Shown here piece after piece: positions 5,335 through 6,060 of a DNA stretch of 6,060 nt. Under the pieces are notes generated by a model. The model was not told the DNA's origin. It searched no databases and saw only the letters and a list, made by a program, of their open reading frames with translations. Within the stretch, counting starts at the first letter, position 1; each line of letters starts with the position of its first letter. Source of the stretch: Promethearchaeota archaeon (lineage in GTDB: Archaea > Asgardarchaeota > Hermodarchaeia > Hermodarchaeales > Hermodarchaeaceae). The stretch is taken from positions 25,143 to 31,202 of the forward strand of contig JBHLMI010000012.1 of NCBI GenBank assembly GCA_048938295.1, in the 5' to 3' direction. Made by a program: the position numbers and the translations under genes.

Positions 5335-6060
5335 TCAGAGAACTCCTGCCAGTTGGTATGTAATTTCTTCAAGAACTTGCGCAGTAGGTGCTTCTGGATA
5401 GTTGAAGATTGGGCCTCCTGGTTGCTCTGTAAAGAAAGGGCGATTACAAGACGGGCAACCTGTCGTTTGAAAAGCCTTCCCTCGTGCAATAATATCCACT
5501 AGGATTTCTCTAGGCAACCCAAATTTCGTAATATCCTGTGTTGAGTTGTATTGAATCTTATCCAAGGTTACAAGTCGGTTTTGCAGCAAATGAAGAGCTA
5601 GTTGAATTCGACGGTATTGTTGAAGTGTTGGACGTTCCCGGTTCGCTAAAGGGGTTCCAAGAATAGGTGTGAAGGGGAATAGTCCAACGGTGATGGATTT
5701 GTTGACAAGCTGGTGGATTAGATTGACCACTTGGTGTTCTGTTTCACCTAACCCGATGATGAGATGCGTAGTCGCCCGATCCGGTCCAAAAATCGATCGT
5801 GCAGAGTTCAAGGCACGAAAATGGTGCTTCCAAGAAAAAGGACCTTTCACTCCAGTACCTTTGATTTCATTAAACAATCTTGGGGTAACAGCGTCAAGCG
5901 ATACTGCCACACGGTCAACCCCTTGGTCATAAAGGGCTTGGAACTGCTTAGCTTTCATTGGAGGAAGTGCAATGGATAGGGGGATATTTGGCAGATGGCT
6001 CCTGAAGAGGGAAACCAACTGTGTTAGATTTTCGAACAGTTTTGGAGAACAAAGTGTTTG
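5335..6060 (-). CDS. lipS2: Radical SAM protein, LipS2-type lipoyl synthase subunit (5'-truncated by the window edge)
   Basis: TTGCPSCNRP (5466-5437) matches the LipS2 TxGCPxC(N/D)RP motif; also VAVSLDA, HLIIGLGETE and LFPFTPILGT. The frame stays open from 6018 to the window end (QTLCSPKLFENLTQL...), so the TTG at 6018 is not the true start, and the CxxxCxxC motif is expected upstream of 6060. Confidence 0.87.
   Translation of the reverse strand, partial: QTLCSPKLFENLTQLVSLFRSHLPNIPLSIALPPMKAKQFQALYDQGVDRVAVSLDAVTPRLFNEIKGTGVKGPFSWKHHFRALNSARSIFGPDRATTHLIIGLGETEHQVVNLIHQLVNKSITVGLFPFTPILGTPLANRERPTLQQYRRIQLALHLLQNRLVTLDKIQYNSTQDITKFGLPREILVDIIARGKAFQTTGCPSCNRPFFTEQPGGPIFNYPEAPTAQVLEEITYQLAGVL

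Noticed and set aside
3041-5979. Other short ORFs (3041-3304, 3635-3850, 4410-4745, 4853-5038, 5669-5932, 5764-5979)
   Set aside because: All lie antisense to motif-rich housekeeping genes and lack family motifs.

Overview
Archaeal chromosomal window (eL13, a proteasome beta subunit and R15P isomerase together suggest a TACK- or Asgard-type lineage; this is inference). It holds seven tightly packed genes: <-[divergent eIF2B/R15Pi-family paralog] | [canonical ribose-1,5-bisphosphate isomerase]-> <-[ribosomal protein eL13 fused to two helix-hairpin-helix modules] | [proteasome beta subunit psmB]-> <-[lipS1] <-[lipoate-protein ligase catalytic domain] <-[lipS2, 5' end beyond the window]. No rRNA, tRNA, CRISPR array or mobile element is supported. 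The most interesting signals are three. (1) A head-to-head pair made of an intact R15P isomerase and a paralog with a remodelled active site (RGAG->ASAD, catalytic Asp->Glu as in eukaryotic eIF2B-alpha), sharing a 65-bp intergenic region with a direct repeat and a palindrome. (2) An eL13 with a long linker and tandem HhH modules. (3) A proteasome beta propeptide with His instead of Gly at position -1. The lipS2-lplA-lipS1 cluster is a known alternative lipoate-assembly route.
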